From positions 153,815 through 217,814 of the forward strand of contig CAWBVG010000031.1 in the NCBI GenBank assembly GCA_963792175.1: DNA of 64,000 nucleotides, given 5' to 3'. Below, in pieces: positions 1 through 9,958 of the stretch. This DNA is from an uncultured Acidobacteriota bacterium. Its GTDB lineage: Bacteria; Acidobacteriota; Vicinamibacteria; Vicinamibacterales; CAVVIG01. The translations under genes were made by a program, and so were the position numbers. Each line of letters starts with the position of its first letter. Position 1 is the stretch's first letter. The notes beneath the pieces were generated by a model that saw nothing but the letters and a program-made list of their open reading frames with translations, ran no database searches and was not told the origin of the DNA.

Positions 1-751
1 TCGCGGGCGCGTCAAGGCTGGAAATCGTCGACGGCCAACTGATGCGCGTGTTGCCGATGCTGCGAGTCCTTGGCGGCAGCGTCGTGCTTCTCTGCCGGCA
101 CCCTCGCCGCGCGTGAGCAGCGTCGAAATCCGTCTACACCCGATCGACACGACATTGCCGGCGCCTGCGCGCGTACGCGGACCATGGCGCTCTCGTGCGT
201 CGCGCGTAGTGGCGATGCTATGCTGGCGGCGTCATGCGCCGCGTCACGAGCCTCGCGAACCTCCTTGTGATTGTCGCTGTCGGCTCCGGGGCGCCGCAGT
301 GGTACGCCCTTGCGGCTGGTGTGTGGGTGCCGAGTGCTCCGCGCGCCGCCATCAGCGCCGACGCGCTCACTCCCGATACGGCACCAGCGGAACCGAGAGC
401 CGGTCGGGACGGCACTCGCAGCCAATTCGCAAGCCTGTGGAAGTCGGTACGGCTGCATGCGGCCATTCTTCCAACCAGCGTCATCGTTCCGCCGTTCAGC
501 GTGTGTATGACGCTCGCGCGCGCGGTTGCCCCATTCCGCGCGTTCGCGGCCACAGCGTCGTACTCAGTTCGCGGTCCTCCTGTCGAACTCTGATCCGACG
601 TCATCACACGATCGCGTTGCCGACGTGTGCCGGCACGTCCTGGCTCGCAGATCACGAATGACTGGCAGGGAGGACCCATGCCCGCAGACGAGATCTTCGT
701 ACTTTCGTTTGGCGTCTTCACCGACACCTGCGCCGACGTGAGCCCTAACTG

Positions 752-1024
752 GTGCTGATCGAGAGGAATCCGATGGTGTGGTTTTACAAACGTGATCAGG
801 TGTCGCTCAGCGTGGAAACGCGCTACGACAACGAGACCGCCGAGTATGTGGCCATTGTGGTCCGCCCCGATGGCCGCCTGCAGACCGAGCGGTTCCTCAC
901 GCGAGAGGCGTTTCGCGAGTGGCTCATGGCGCTCGAGCAGCAACTCCAACACGAGCAATGGGTACCCGATGGCCCGGTGCATGTCCTGCCGGACGGCTGG
1001 CCGCACAAACCGCCGCTGATGTGA
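752..1024 (+). CDS. hypothetical small protein (90 aa)
   Basis: Complete ORF with balanced, protein-like composition (MLIERNPMVWFYKRDQVSLSVETRYDNETAEYVAIVVRPDG...). No recognisable domain. Confidence 0.35.
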   Translation: MLIERNPMVWFYKRDQVSLSVETRYDNETAEYVAIVVRPDGRLQTERFLTREAFREWLMALEQQLQHEQWVPDGPVHVLPDGWPHKPPLM

Positions 1025-1174
1025 GATCGCGCACGAAAGCAGTCGCCAACGACAGAAAAAGACCAAAGGGTTTCGTGATTTCGTGTTTTCGTGGCAGGCC
1101 ACAACTGGTCCCGATTCAGCGTGGACGCTCCACCAGGCTGTGGTCCGGAATCAGCCGACTGAGTCCAGGGTCGG

Positions 1175-1861
1175 CTACTCGCCAATCAATCTCAGCACGT
1201 CCTCACATCGCTGGAAGCGCGCCCACCAGATCGCGTCGTTCCCGGCAGAGTTGCGCTTCAAACGAAGCTTCGGATCGTGCGCGATGAGCGCGCGCACCGT
1301 TTCGACGCGGCAGCCGCCAAACATCGGACGGTCGGGCCCGTTGAGTGTGCCGGCGGAGACCGCACGAGACAACGGCGTGCCTCCGTGTTCGTCCTCGATG
1401 GTGGGGTCTGCTCCGTGGGCGAGCAGCAATTTGAGGATGGCGGGATCCGTGTCGCCGGCCGCCAGGAGCAGCGGCTTCAGGCTTCCCGGGCCGGCGCCGC
1501 GGTTCAAGTCGGCGCCGCGATCAAGCAGAACCCGGACGGCGGCAGGCTGCCGCTCGAGAATCGCATGTTGCAGCGGCGTCGCGTCCCAGTCGTCTCCCGT
1601 GGATCCCGGCCGGTTCACGTCGGCGCCGGAATCGAGGAGGAGGTTGATCGCTTCGATCGATCCGGACCGCGAGGCCCAGATCAACGCCGTCCACGAGTCG
1701 CCACCCTCGTCGGCTTTATGGCCGTCGGCGAGAAGTTGGCGAAGGGCGGCGACGTCGTTGCGGGCGGCGGCCTGGGTCAGCGGAGTTTCGGGACGCTGCG
1801 CGCAGGCGCCCGCCGCGAGCAGCGCGGCGCCGAGCCCGAGCAGAAGCATGAAACGGTGCAC
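1175..1861 (-). CDS. secreted ankyrin-repeat protein
   Basis: N-terminal signal peptide (MHRFMLLLGLGAALLAAGACA). Repeated ankyrin units (TALIWASRSGSIEAINLLLDSGADVN; TPLQHAILERQPAAVRVLLDRGADLN; LKLLLAHGADP). Confidence 0.85.
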   Translation of the reverse strand: MHRFMLLLGLGAALLAAGACAQRPETPLTQAAARNDVAALRQLLADGHKADEGGDSWTALIWASRSGSIEAINLLLDSGADVNRPGSTGDDWDATPLQHAILERQPAAVRVLLDRGADLNRGAGPGSLKPLLLAAGDTDPAILKLLLAHGADPTIEDEHGGTPLSRAVSAGTLNGPDRPMFGGCRVETVRALIAHDPKLRLKRNSAGNDAIWWARFQRCEDVLRLIGE

Positions 1862-2833
1862 GACGACCTCCGACGGAGTATCATATGCAAATAACTTTAT
1901 AATGTAAAGACACCGTGGACGGTAACTGGGATTGTTTGCGTTTCCGGTGGAACGATGTCTGATTCGCGCTACGGGTTCTGAGACCTGACCACCGCCTTGG
2001 TCTGTCGCTGTTGCTGCCGTCTTCGAAGATCTGGATGTTGCCGACGGGCAGCGGGACGTTCGGCTGCTGATGCGCCGGACGAGAGGGTGAACCGTTCATC
2101 TGATCCGCGGATCCGGTAACCATGCCGTCCGGCGGCCTATGACTGCCGGTCGGTCGGCGTGGCCCTCGAGGGCGAAGAATGCGACAAGCCAGGCATGCAC
2201 GGGAATGCCGGTAAGGGATTTCGTCCAAGGCCATCGGTCGAGAAGATGAGCCCGGTTGAAAGAAGAACAGCACCTTGGCCGAACGCATCTGCAGCAACAA
2301 CCGACCGATGTCACCACGATGGCGATGGCGCAGAATGCGCGACCACTTGCCAGTAGCCCCAAATCCCCGCCTGCTCACACAACGGCGAGATCAACGCTCC
2401 CATCCCGACGGCCAGAGCAGCCGTCCATGGCGGGTACACAGACAGGTCTGGAGTCGACCACTTCCGGGCATCCGCACGAACGATGCCAGCAGGATCCAGA
2501 CACCCACCAGCGCGATCATCGAGAGCGCACCCGCCAGCCACGCCCAGCCGAACATCTCGCGTGACACGACGGTCGCGCGGAGCGACTGACGACGAGCGTC
2601 GCCGTCAGCACCGACGATGCCCGCCAGAGCACGGTCTCACGCATGCAGGGATGTCTTAGTCACGTTCCGCAAGTGTCCGGTGCGGCACCCGTAATGGTTG
2701 GCGACCCATCGCGACGAGACGTACTGATCCTGACGGGATCGCTGGCGGCGGCCTCAGATGCGAGATGGATGGCGCTCGCGGCGGCCATGCGATGAATGAC
2801 ATGAGCGTGCGCTCCTCGAGGGCCCGAATCACG

Positions 2834-3115
2834 TCATGCTGTTGACGGCTGTCGCGCGATGCGCAGCGCTCGCGCTCCGCTCACCGCATCCTCCAGCAAT
2901 TCGAAACACACCGCGTCGCCGATCCGGATGTCGTTGAATGCGGTGCCCGCTTGCAGGTCCGCGCGATGAAAGTAGACCTCACGCGCATTGGGCAGGCGGA
3001 TGAACCCATGGCCCTTGCCAGTCAACAGCGTGACAATCCGACCCCTGCGGGGCGTGCCCCGGGGATTGTTCGGCGGCGAGTTGGTGCTCGATCGCGTTGT
3101 CGCGCTGTTGGGCAT
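2834..3115 (-). CDS. cold-shock domain protein (CspA family); true start probably inside the ORF
   Basis: GKGHGFIRLPNAREVYFHRADL...GDAVCFEL matches the cold-shock-domain RNP motifs (KGFGFI / VFVHF). The N-terminal extension of the ORF is low-complexity. Confidence 0.65.
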   Translation of the reverse strand: MPNSATTRSSTNSPPNNPRGTPRRGRIVTLLTGKGHGFIRLPNAREVYFHRADLQAGTAFNDIRIGDAVCFELLEDAVSGARALRIARQPSTA

Positions 3116-3303
3116 TGCGCCGGGGTCCTCTCAGCTTTGAGGAGGGCTGCTGTCAAGACAGGACCGCAGGCTCGGGAAAGCAGACTCAATCATACTTCTG
3201 CCTGGCGGGACCGTCACGAGCCGATGCGCGTGCCATTCGCAAATGGTAACGGCGTCGACAGAAATTTCTCTGGTGCCGGGTCACTCGCCAGGGTTAGCAG
3301 AGA

Positions 3304-3693
3304 TCAGCCCGCGGACTTCTTATCAACGCTCGCGGGCGTACCTCCCAGGTCGGCTGACACCTTCTTCGGGTCAGCGATTGCGACTTGGGTGGCAGTGGCT
3401 GCCGCACATCGCTCGGCGCGCAGAGGGGAGTCACCATTCTCGCGAAAGTTTTCTGCGGTTTGCCTTGCGTGCTCGGCGTTGCGCCGTAGCTGTTCCTCCG
3501 CTGCCCGCTCCCTTTCGGCAACCCGCCGTAGGCCCTCGTCCACGAGTCGCGAGTCCTCCGCTTTGTCGCGCTGCTCCTCGGCGACTTCGCGCTGCGCCTC
3601 AGCGACTTCGCGCTGCGCCTCAGCGACCACGCGTTGCCCTTCAGCCACCACGCGCTGCTTCTCGGCCACGTCAATCTGCTGTTCGGCCATAAT
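3304..3693 (-). CDS. coiled-coil heptad-repeat protein (hypothetical)
   Basis: Starts MAEQQIDVAEKQRVVAEGQRVVAEAQREVAEAQREVAEEQRDKAE and is preceded by a GGAG RBS. It is encoded by five 21-bp tandem repeats. This is an in-frame sub-ORF of the 3304..4053 ORF. Confidence 0.5.
   Translation of the reverse strand: MMAEQQIDVAEKQRVVAEGQRVVAEAQREVAEAQREVAEEQRDKAEDSRLVDEGLRRVAERERAAEEQLRRNAEHARQTAENFRENGDSPLRAERCAAATATQVAIADPKKVSADLGGTPASVDKKSAG
3560..3665. repeat. about five tandem 21-bp repeats (cgcgctgcgcctcagcgacttcg-like) that encode a heptad repeat
   Basis: Direct reading: gcgacttcgcgctgcgcctcagcgacttcgcgctgcgcctcagcgaccacgcgttgcccttcagccaccacgcgctgcttctcggccac. Confidence 0.7.
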
Positions 3694-3781
3694 GCCCGCT
3701 TCTCCAAATTGACGATGCCTCATGCCTCGGCCGCCGTCTGTACACAAAGGCACAGTCAGGCTGTCGATTCCGGGTGCGCCT

Positions 3782-4252
3782 CTAGAACGGGATTCGAACC
3801 TGTTTTCGCGCTGTATGAGGAATCGTGAACATCCCGTCACAGTCCGCGCAACGGAAGAAACCGACATCGTCCACCAGCCCGACGCGGATGACGCGCGGGC
3901 ATTTACAGCGGGGACACGGGGTTGGCGGCTCCAAGAAAAGGCGGAAGCGTGTGGCGCTTCGAGTTCTTGTTTCAGCTTCAGGAAGGTCTCGCGTGTCGAG
4001 CGATGGGCCTTGGGGCAGCGAGACGACCATGAGGGATGCTTGGAGACGGGCAATCTGTTGCTGCGGCGGGGTGGGTGTCATGTCAGCCATGAGTTTGTTG
4101 ATGCGCGCGAGACGTTCGGCGGGGTTGTCGCGTTCGAGTGCCATGTCGGGCCTTGCCTTTCTAGGGAGGAGGCGAGCATAGGCTTTTCCTGGCGGCTCGG
4201 CTGTTCGGTTTTGAACAGCCGGTGTCTGGGTTGCGAACAGGATAATTGCCAC
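3782..4252 (-). CDS. hypothetical protein with C-terminal C4 zinc-ribbon motif (CPRCKC...CADCDG); start uncertain
   Basis: Six-frame ORF. An internal in-frame start (MVVSLPQGPSLD, about 4027) lies inside the inverted-repeat copy A. The ORF overlaps the tRNA-like fragment at its 3' end. Confidence 0.3.
   Translation of the reverse strand: MAIILFATQTPAVQNRTAEPPGKAYARLLPRKARPDMALERDNPAERLARINKLMADMTPTPPQQQIARLQASLMVVSLPQGPSLDTRDLPEAETRTRSATRFRLFLEPPTPCPRCKCPRVIRVGLVDDVGFFRCADCDGMFTIPHTARKQVRIPF
3786..3806 (-). other. tRNA-Glu T-arm fragment (aacgggattcgaacc + tgtttt). Possible att-site remnant.
   Basis: Matches 21 of 23 positions against 18828-18850 inside the tRNA-Glu gene. There is no acceptor stem, so it is not a complete tRNA. 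Confidence 0.4.
3975..4030. repeat. about 50-bp inverted repeat, copy A (reverse complement of copy B at 7569-7620)
   Basis: Reverse complement of 3975-4030 is gcatccctcatggtcgtctcgctgccccaaggcccatcgctcgacacg. Copy B at 7569-7620 reads gcatccctcatggtcgtctcgctgccccatgcccatcgctcgacgctg. Confidence 0.7.
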
Positions 4253-4291
4253 ATGGGATTAGCTTAGGTCCGCCACAAATCACCGGCGCGC

Positions 4292-4556
4292 GCGTGAGTG
4301 AGGATGCCCCTGCACCCCGCAAGGGTCGCGGACCCAACCTGATGCGATCGACAACCGTAACGCGGAACCCTGAGGTTCCCGCGCCTGCGCTACGTTGTCC
4401 CGACTGTGATCATCCCTTGGTCTATGTGCAAACCGTGATCGGTGGCGTGAAGCCGCTCGAACGATGGGACTATTTCAAGTGTTGCGGGTTCTTTGAATAC
4501 CGTTATCGCGGCCGGAAGCTTCGGCGAACGTCTGACGGTGCCGAATCTGCATAGCC
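4292..4556. repeat. about 265-bp dispersed repeat, copy 1 (partner at 10299-10577)
   Basis: The shared block starts at gcgtgagtgaggatgcccc[t/c]gcaccccgcaagg and runs through ctatgtgcaaaccgtgatcgg. Identity is high until the 3' end. Confidence 0.7.
4352..4554 (+). CDS. small Cys4 zinc-ribbon protein, copy 1 (MRSTTVTRNPE...RCPDCDHPLVYVQTVIGG...KCCGFFEYR)
   Basis: In-frame ATG within the 4246..4554 ORF. A near-identical paralogous segment lies at 10357-10577. Confidence 0.45.
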
Positions 4557-4696
4557 GTCGCGAGCAAGCGGCGGTATCTATCGTTGCGAGCACGGGAGCC
4601 CGGTGGGCCACGGCAGCGACATCATCAGTGTGTCAATGACGACATCAGCCAGTCGTCGTCGACACTCAACGGCGTCGACTGACTCCGAGCACGGAG

Positions 4697-5638
4697 ATGA
4701 GTATGTCCAATACGCTCTCAGAAACAGACAGACTCGGCGCCGTCGAAGTGCCTGCGGCGCTCCCTGACGTCGGGACCGAGCTTCGGGAGGGGTACGCCGA
4801 GGTCGGCGATCAGAACTTGCATTACGTCGAGGCCGGCGACGGGCCGTTGATCGTTCTGCTGCACGGCTTCCCGGAGTTCTGGTTCGGTTGGCGGCGACAG
4901 ATTGCGCCGCTCGCGGCGGCGGGTTTTCGGGTCGTCGCCCCCGACACGCGTGGCTACAACCTGTCATCGAAGCCAGAGGGCTTCGAGGCGTACGCCGTCG
5001 ACCTGCTCGCCGCCGACATCCGCGGTCTCATCGGAGAACTCGGTGCCGAGTCCGCGTTGTTGGTCGGTCACGACTGGGGCGGAACCATCGCCTGGACGAC
5101 CGCGATGAATCACCCGGAGGTGGTCGACCGACTCGCCATCCTCAACGCGGCCCATCCGCGGCGACTCCAAGAGGGACTGCACCACCCGAGCCAGCTCCGG
5201 AAGTCGTGGTACTTCTTCTTCTTTGCGGCACCGGGACTGCCCGAGGAGGTGGTGCACCTGAGAGACTGGCACTTCCTTCGACACTTCCTGCATGACGCGA
5301 ACCCACCATACACGCCGCAGGAAATCGACCGCTACGTCGAGGCGTGGTCGCAGCCAGGGGCAGCGGCCGGGATGATCAACTACTACCGCGCCTCGGTACG
5401 ACAGTCCCAGAAGGAAGCCGCAGCAAAGCTTCGCCCGGTTTCAGCGCGCACACTGGTTATCTGGGGGGAGCGCGATTCCTACCTCGGCTCCGAACTCGCC
5501 GAGCCCGACCACGATGACGTACCCAACCTCGACCGCGTCGAGCGCCTGCCCGACGCGTCGCACTGGGTGCATCACGACGAGGGTGAACGCGTCAACCAAC
5601 TGCTGATCGACTTCTTCGCCCCCGCGCGTAGGCGCTAA
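4697..5638 (+). CDS. alpha/beta hydrolase, epoxide-hydrolase/haloalkane-dehalogenase-like
   Basis: LLHGFPEFWFGWRRQIAPLAAAGFRVVAPDTRGYNLSSKP and the nucleophile elbow VGHDWGG. The ORF is full length. Confidence 0.85.
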   Translation: MSMSNTLSETDRLGAVEVPAALPDVGTELREGYAEVGDQNLHYVEAGDGPLIVLLHGFPEFWFGWRRQIAPLAAAGFRVVAPDTRGYNLSSKPEGFEAYAVDLLAADIRGLIGELGAESALLVGHDWGGTIAWTTAMNHPEVVDRLAILNAAHPRRLQEGLHHPSQLRKSWYFFFFAAPGLPEEVVHLRDWHFLRHFLHDANPPYTPQEIDRYVEAWSQPGAAAGMINYYRASVRQSQKEAAAKLRPVSARTLVIWGERDSYLGSELAEPDHDDVPNLDRVERLPDASHWVHHDEGERVNQLLIDFFAPARRR

Positions 5639-5745
5639 CCTCCCGAACAAGACGTGGTGATGGGTCATCGCGTCAAGTCGCATCCTGAGGAAACGTGTCG
5701 AAGGGCAGGACTTCGGTGTATGACTGAGGGCCGGGAGATCTGAAA

Positions 5746-6595
5746 ATGAGAATGCTCGCACCTGCACGTGAGGAGACGATCGACAGCGCGAAGGGCCTCA
5801 GATTTTCGTTCGGTCGTGGATTCCGGAATCGAAGCCGCGCGCGGTTGTGGTCGTTTGCCACGGCGTCAACGCCCATGGGGGCCAGGTACATCTGGGTGGG
5901 TGAGCAGTTCGCCGCCAGTGGGCTTGCTGTCTACGCGCTGGATCTGCGCGGCCGAGGGAAGTCGGAGGGTGAGCGATTCTACGTTGAGGACATCGCTGAT
6001 TACGTGAGCGACGTGGCCGGTACCGTCGAGCTGGCGAAATTGCGCTATCCCGGCCTGCCGGTCTTTCTCCTCGGCCACAGCGCCGGCGGGTCGTGTCGTC
6101 GGTTTACGTGCTCGAGAACCAGAAGGAGCTGGCCGGATTCATCTGCGAGAGCTTTGCGTTCCAGGTGCCTGCGCCAGGCTTTGCCCTTGCCGCGATCAAG
6201 GGATTGAGCCATATCGCGCCTCGCCTGCCGGTGCTGAAGCTCAAGAACGAGGACTTCAGCCGCGATCCGAAGGCGGTCGAGGCGTTGAACAACGACCCGC
6301 TGACCGCACACGAAGTGCAGCCGGCGATCACGGTCGCGGCGCTGGTGCGCGCCGACGAGCGCCTGCGGGTCGAGTTCCCGCAGATCACGTTGCCGGTCCT
6401 CATCATGCACGGCACTGACGACAAGTGCGACCGTCTGCCACGGCAGCGAGTTCTTCTATCGAGACGGCGGGATCCACGGACAAGACGCTCAAACTCTACG
6501 AAGGGCACTACCACGACCTGCTGAACGACCTCGGCAAGGAAGCGGTCATGACCGACGTCAAGACCTGGATCGATGCCCACCTGCCAAAGCCGTAA
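5746..6595 (+). CDS. lysophospholipase/monoacylglycerol-lipase-like alpha/beta hydrolase, broken by about 2 frameshifts (possible pseudogene or sequence error)
   Basis: GHSAGG nucleophile elbow at the end of ORF 5746..6207. The protein continues in ORF 6093..6524 (LPVLIMHGTDDK) and then in a third frame (KTLKLYEGHYHDLLNDL...KTWIDAHLPKP*). Confidence 0.65.
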
Positions 6596-6936
6596 GGCAA
6601 GGCGGAACGCATTCGACGATGCTATCCGTGTCGTCGAGGCGGGATGCGATCCACCCGACGAAGAGGCTGGTTAGGTCGCGTCTCGCTGGTCGCGTCTCGT
6701 TGTCACTCTCCCCGATGATGTTCCTCCGTCTGTGGCTCGTGCGTCCTCCGCGGTCCTCGCGAGATGGTGAGTCTGTGCCATTGTGAACAGACACGCGGCA
6801 TCGTCCCTCGATACGATGCGTGCGCCCGAGAGGTCAGATGGGTGCACACATCGCGATCACCTCGAGCCATTTCGTGGTCGTCCACCAGTCAATGGCGGCC
6901 GTTTCCCCAAGGGATCTCAGATAGGAGAGTTCGTAT

Positions 6937-7417
6937 GAACCGCGTTACAGGAGTGTTGCTCGCGTGCGTAGTCGCCGCCCTTCCGTCGGTTGTTTCCGCG
7001 AAAACGAATCCGCGCGTCGGCACGTGGACAATGAACGCTGCGAAGTCGTCGTTTACGCCTGGCCCGGGGCCTAAAGCGCTGACGCTCGTCTATACCGCGA
7101 CCGGCGATAATCTGGTGGCCTTTCTGCAGGGCACCGACCCTGCCGACAAGCCCATCAACCCCGAGAAGACCAGGCAAACCATTACGATGGACGGGAAAGA
7201 CCACGCCACAACCGGGAACGAGAACTGGGATATGACCTCCTGGAAGCGGGTGAATGCCACCACGTTCGAGATCACCCGCAAGAAGGCGGGAAAGGTCGTT
7301 CAGACGGGCACGAACACGCTGTCGGCCGACGGCAAGACTATGACGGTGACGTCGAAGGGCGTGTCCGTGAGCGGCCAGCCGGACTCCACCAGCGTGTTGG
7401 TGTACGACAAACAGTAA
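6937..7417 (+). CDS. secreted hypothetical protein (lipocalin-like / beta-rich)
   Basis: MNRVTGVLLACVVAALPSVVSA signal peptide. In-frame inside ORF 6764..7417. Confidence 0.55.
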
Positions 7418-7568
7418 GACGCCGAGAGGCCACGCTTCCCCGGGCCGGCCATCCGAAGGCTGCCCCGAGGTGCGTGGCCGCGGCCGCGCGATTCCTCGGC
7501 GTGGATCCTCCGAGCCCGACGGTCTCTTCGGTAATTCGCGTGTTCGGCAACCTGCGAGGCTGTCACAG

Positions 7569-7620
7569 GCATCCCTCATGGTCGTCTCGCTGCCCCATGC
7601 CCATCGCTCGACGCTGATCT
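7569..7620. repeat. about 50-bp inverted repeat, copy B (leader of the SGNH hydrolase gene)
   Basis: See copy A. It sits about 30-80 nt upstream of the aaggag RBS and ATG at 7650. Confidence 0.7.
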
Positions 7621-7649
7621 CGACGCCATCTTCTCAAAGGAGACAGACT

Positions 7650-8933
7650 ATGAGTGTTCGGACTCGGCGTGCGCCAGAGACGGTCGTCGCAACCGTGCTG
7701 GCCCTTGCGATCCTCATACTGGCGCCAACGGCCATCGCGCGCGATCGGCATGACGATGGCCACCGGGAACAGTGGGTCGGGACCTGGGGCAACGCATTGC
7801 ACCAGCCGGACCTCGGCGTCCCCGGATTGAACAACTCTGGCTTCAGCCATCAAACTCTCCGCCAAATCGTGCACGTCAGCCTCGGAGGCGCTCGAGTGCG
7901 CGTGCGGCTATCGACGTTTGGAGCGAGTGGCTTGGTGATTGGAGCGGCGACTATCGCGCTGAGCGCTACGGGAGCATCGACAGTACCAGGGTCTGACAGG
8001 ACGATGACCTTCGGCGGTGATCCATCCATCACCATCCCACCCGGCGCGCTCGTCGTGAGCGACCCCGTGGAGCTCGAGGTGCCGGACGGAGGCGACTTAG
8101 CCGTCAGCATGTTCGTGCCCGAAAATACAGGACCGGCGACGTGGCATTTCGAGGGGCGGCAGACCTCCTTCATCTCTCCACCCGGAGATTTCACAGCGAG
8201 CGCCGTGATGCCGGTCAGCTTGACGACACTGGCGCGGTTCTGGCTCGCGGGAGTGGACGTCACGGCGTCCGAGCAAACTGGCGTGATCGTCGCCGTGGGC
8301 GAGTCGATTGTTGATGGTTCGCGGTCAACCGTGGACGCCAACGCCCGATGGACCGACCAACTCGCCCGGCGGCTGCTGGCGCAACCCGGTCATCGGGCCA
8401 TGGGGGTGCTGAACGAAGGAATAGCCGGCAACAGGCTCCTTCACGATTCCCTCGGTCCCAACGCGTTAGCGCGATTTGACCGCGACGTGCTGGCCCAGAC
8501 CGGGGTGACCCACGTCATTGTTCAAGCGGGGGCGAACGACATCTTCACCCTGAATCCCGTTGAGGAAGTGACGGTTGAGCAGGTCATCCAGGGCCACAGG
8601 CAACTCATCGAGCGTGCCCATTCGAAGGGACTGAGAATCTTCGGCTGCACGCTGACCCCCGTGGAAGGGTTCCTCCTGCCCGGAACGCCATTCCCGGTCT
8701 TTACACCCGAGAAGGAGGTCAAGCGTCAGGCCGTCAATGCGTGGATCCGCACCAGCGGAGAATATGACGGTGTGATCGACTTTGATCGTGTGCTACGTGA
8801 TCCCACTTCCCCGACCAAGATCCGTGCTCTCTACGATAGCGGAGACCACGGGCACCCAAACGACCTGGGATACAACGCACTGGCGAATGCCATCGACTTG
8901 AAGCTGTTGAGAAACGACCAGGGGCAACACTAA
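7650..8933 (+). CDS. secreted SGNH/GDSL-family hydrolase
   Basis: N-terminal signal/TM segment (ATVLALAILILAPTAIA). Block I VAVGESIVDGS, NEGIAGNRL, and a C-terminal DHGHPND motif typical of the SGNH D-x-x-H. A possible upstream in-frame start lies at 7581 inside inverted-repeat copy B. Confidence 0.7.
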   Translation: MSVRTRRAPETVVATVLALAILILAPTAIARDRHDDGHREQWVGTWGNALHQPDLGVPGLNNSGFSHQTLRQIVHVSLGGARVRVRLSTFGASGLVIGAATIALSATGASTVPGSDRTMTFGGDPSITIPPGALVVSDPVELEVPDGGDLAVSMFVPENTGPATWHFEGRQTSFISPPGDFTASAVMPVSLTTLARFWLAGVDVTASEQTGVIVAVGESIVDGSRSTVDANARWTDQLARRLLAQPGHRAMGVLNEGIAGNRLLHDSLGPNALARFDRDVLAQTGVTHVIVQAGANDIFTLNPVEEVTVEQVIQGHRQLIERAHSKGLRIFGCTLTPVEGFLLPGTPFPVFTPEKEVKRQAVNAWIRTSGEYDGVIDFDRVLRDPTSPTKIRALYDSGDHGHPNDLGYNALANAIDLKLLRNDQGQH

Positions 8934-9289
8934 GGTTAGCGCTGTCAAATGCGCGCCGTTTGCGGACGGCGTCTGCGAGCAAAGGTCTTCCACTCTCGCC
9001 GAGCCTTATCGTCGAGAGCGGCTGCCCGCGGATCCCCGCCGAACATAGCTCATCTTCACACACGCGGATTCAACCTGGCAGGAGTTGCAGCCGGCGCACA
9101 GCATGTTGTGAGCGACCGATGCCCGCTCACATTCAGAGCGCGACGGCCGGGCTTACTTCCGGCGTTTCGATGCGCTTCCCACTTCCTTGACTGGCTCGAC
9201 TCTTGCCCGTTTTTCCACATCATGAAGACGATCCTTTTCCGCTGATTGCCGCATTTGGCATCGTCGCGACCTTGGGACAATCAACAACG

Positions 9290-9958
9290 ATGCGAGCCAA
9301 GGGAAATACGCTCTCACCCGTTGGCAGCAACCTGATCGCTATTGACGTCCTGCTCGATCCGGATCAGATGATGGTCGTGAAGGCCAACGCGCTGAACGAC
9401 CGGCTACGTGGCGACTACCCGGCCGGGTATTCGCTCGACGCCACGCACGCGCCGCACGTCAGCATGCTGCAACGATTCGTGCGTGCGACGGACCTCGACG
9501 CCGTGACCGCTGCGGTCGCAAGAGTTCTGGCCGCCGAACGGCCAACGGATCTGCAGCTGACCGTAAAGGGGATCGACTATGTGATGTGGGCAGGTGTGGC
9601 CGTGACGGTCCTTCTCGTCGAGCGCACGCCCGAGCTGATGCGGCTGGAGGAGAAAATCGTCGACGCGGTGACGCCGTTTTCAGTGAGCGGCGGGACCGCA
9701 GCGGCGTTCGTTGGAGCTGACGCCAATGCCGAGACCGTTGCCTACGTCGAAACGTTCGTTCCGAAATCCAGCGGACACAACTACATTCCCCACGTCACGG
9801 CCGGCGTCGCACGCGAAGCCTTCGTGAAGCAGCTGAAGGCCGAGCCCTTCCAAGCCTTCAACTTCAAGCCGGACGGGGTTTCGATCTACCAGCTGGGGAA
9901 TTTTGGTACCGCGTCGAAGAAGGTCTGGCAGAGCGCCGCTTCAGGGACGATGCGCTGA
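9290..9958 (+). CDS. 2H-phosphoesterase-superfamily (LigT-like) protein, putative
   Basis: Two H-x-[ST]-x motifs (PHVSML and PHVTAG) are separated by about 110 aa, as in 2',5' RNA ligase / cyclic phosphodiesterase folds. In-frame ATG inside ORF 9203..9958. Confidence 0.45.
   Translation: MRAKGNTLSPVGSNLIAIDVLLDPDQMMVVKANALNDRLRGDYPAGYSLDATHAPHVSMLQRFVRATDLDAVTAAVARVLAAERPTDLQLTVKGIDYVMWAGVAVTVLLVERTPELMRLEEKIVDAVTPFSVSGGTAAAFVGADANAETVAYVETFVPKSSGHNYIPHVTAGVAREAFVKQLKAEPFQAFNFKPDGVSIYQLGNFGTASKKVWQSAASGTMR

Noticed and set aside
113-1102. Long ORFs in the first kb (113..661 +, 218..1102 -, 234..593 +)
   Set aside because: Arg/Ala/Pro-rich low-complexity translations typical of random ORFs in about 70% GC DNA. 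They mutually overlap and carry no motifs.
3560-3665. Tandem repeats as a CRISPR array
   Set aside because: The units are contiguous 21-mers without spacers and are in-frame coding sequence. There are no cas genes.
3771-3860. Possible second complete tRNA at the TTCGAAT-containing site
   Set aside because: Only the T-arm and variable region match tRNA-Glu. No complementary acceptor-stem partner or anticodon arm can be built from the upstream 70 nt.
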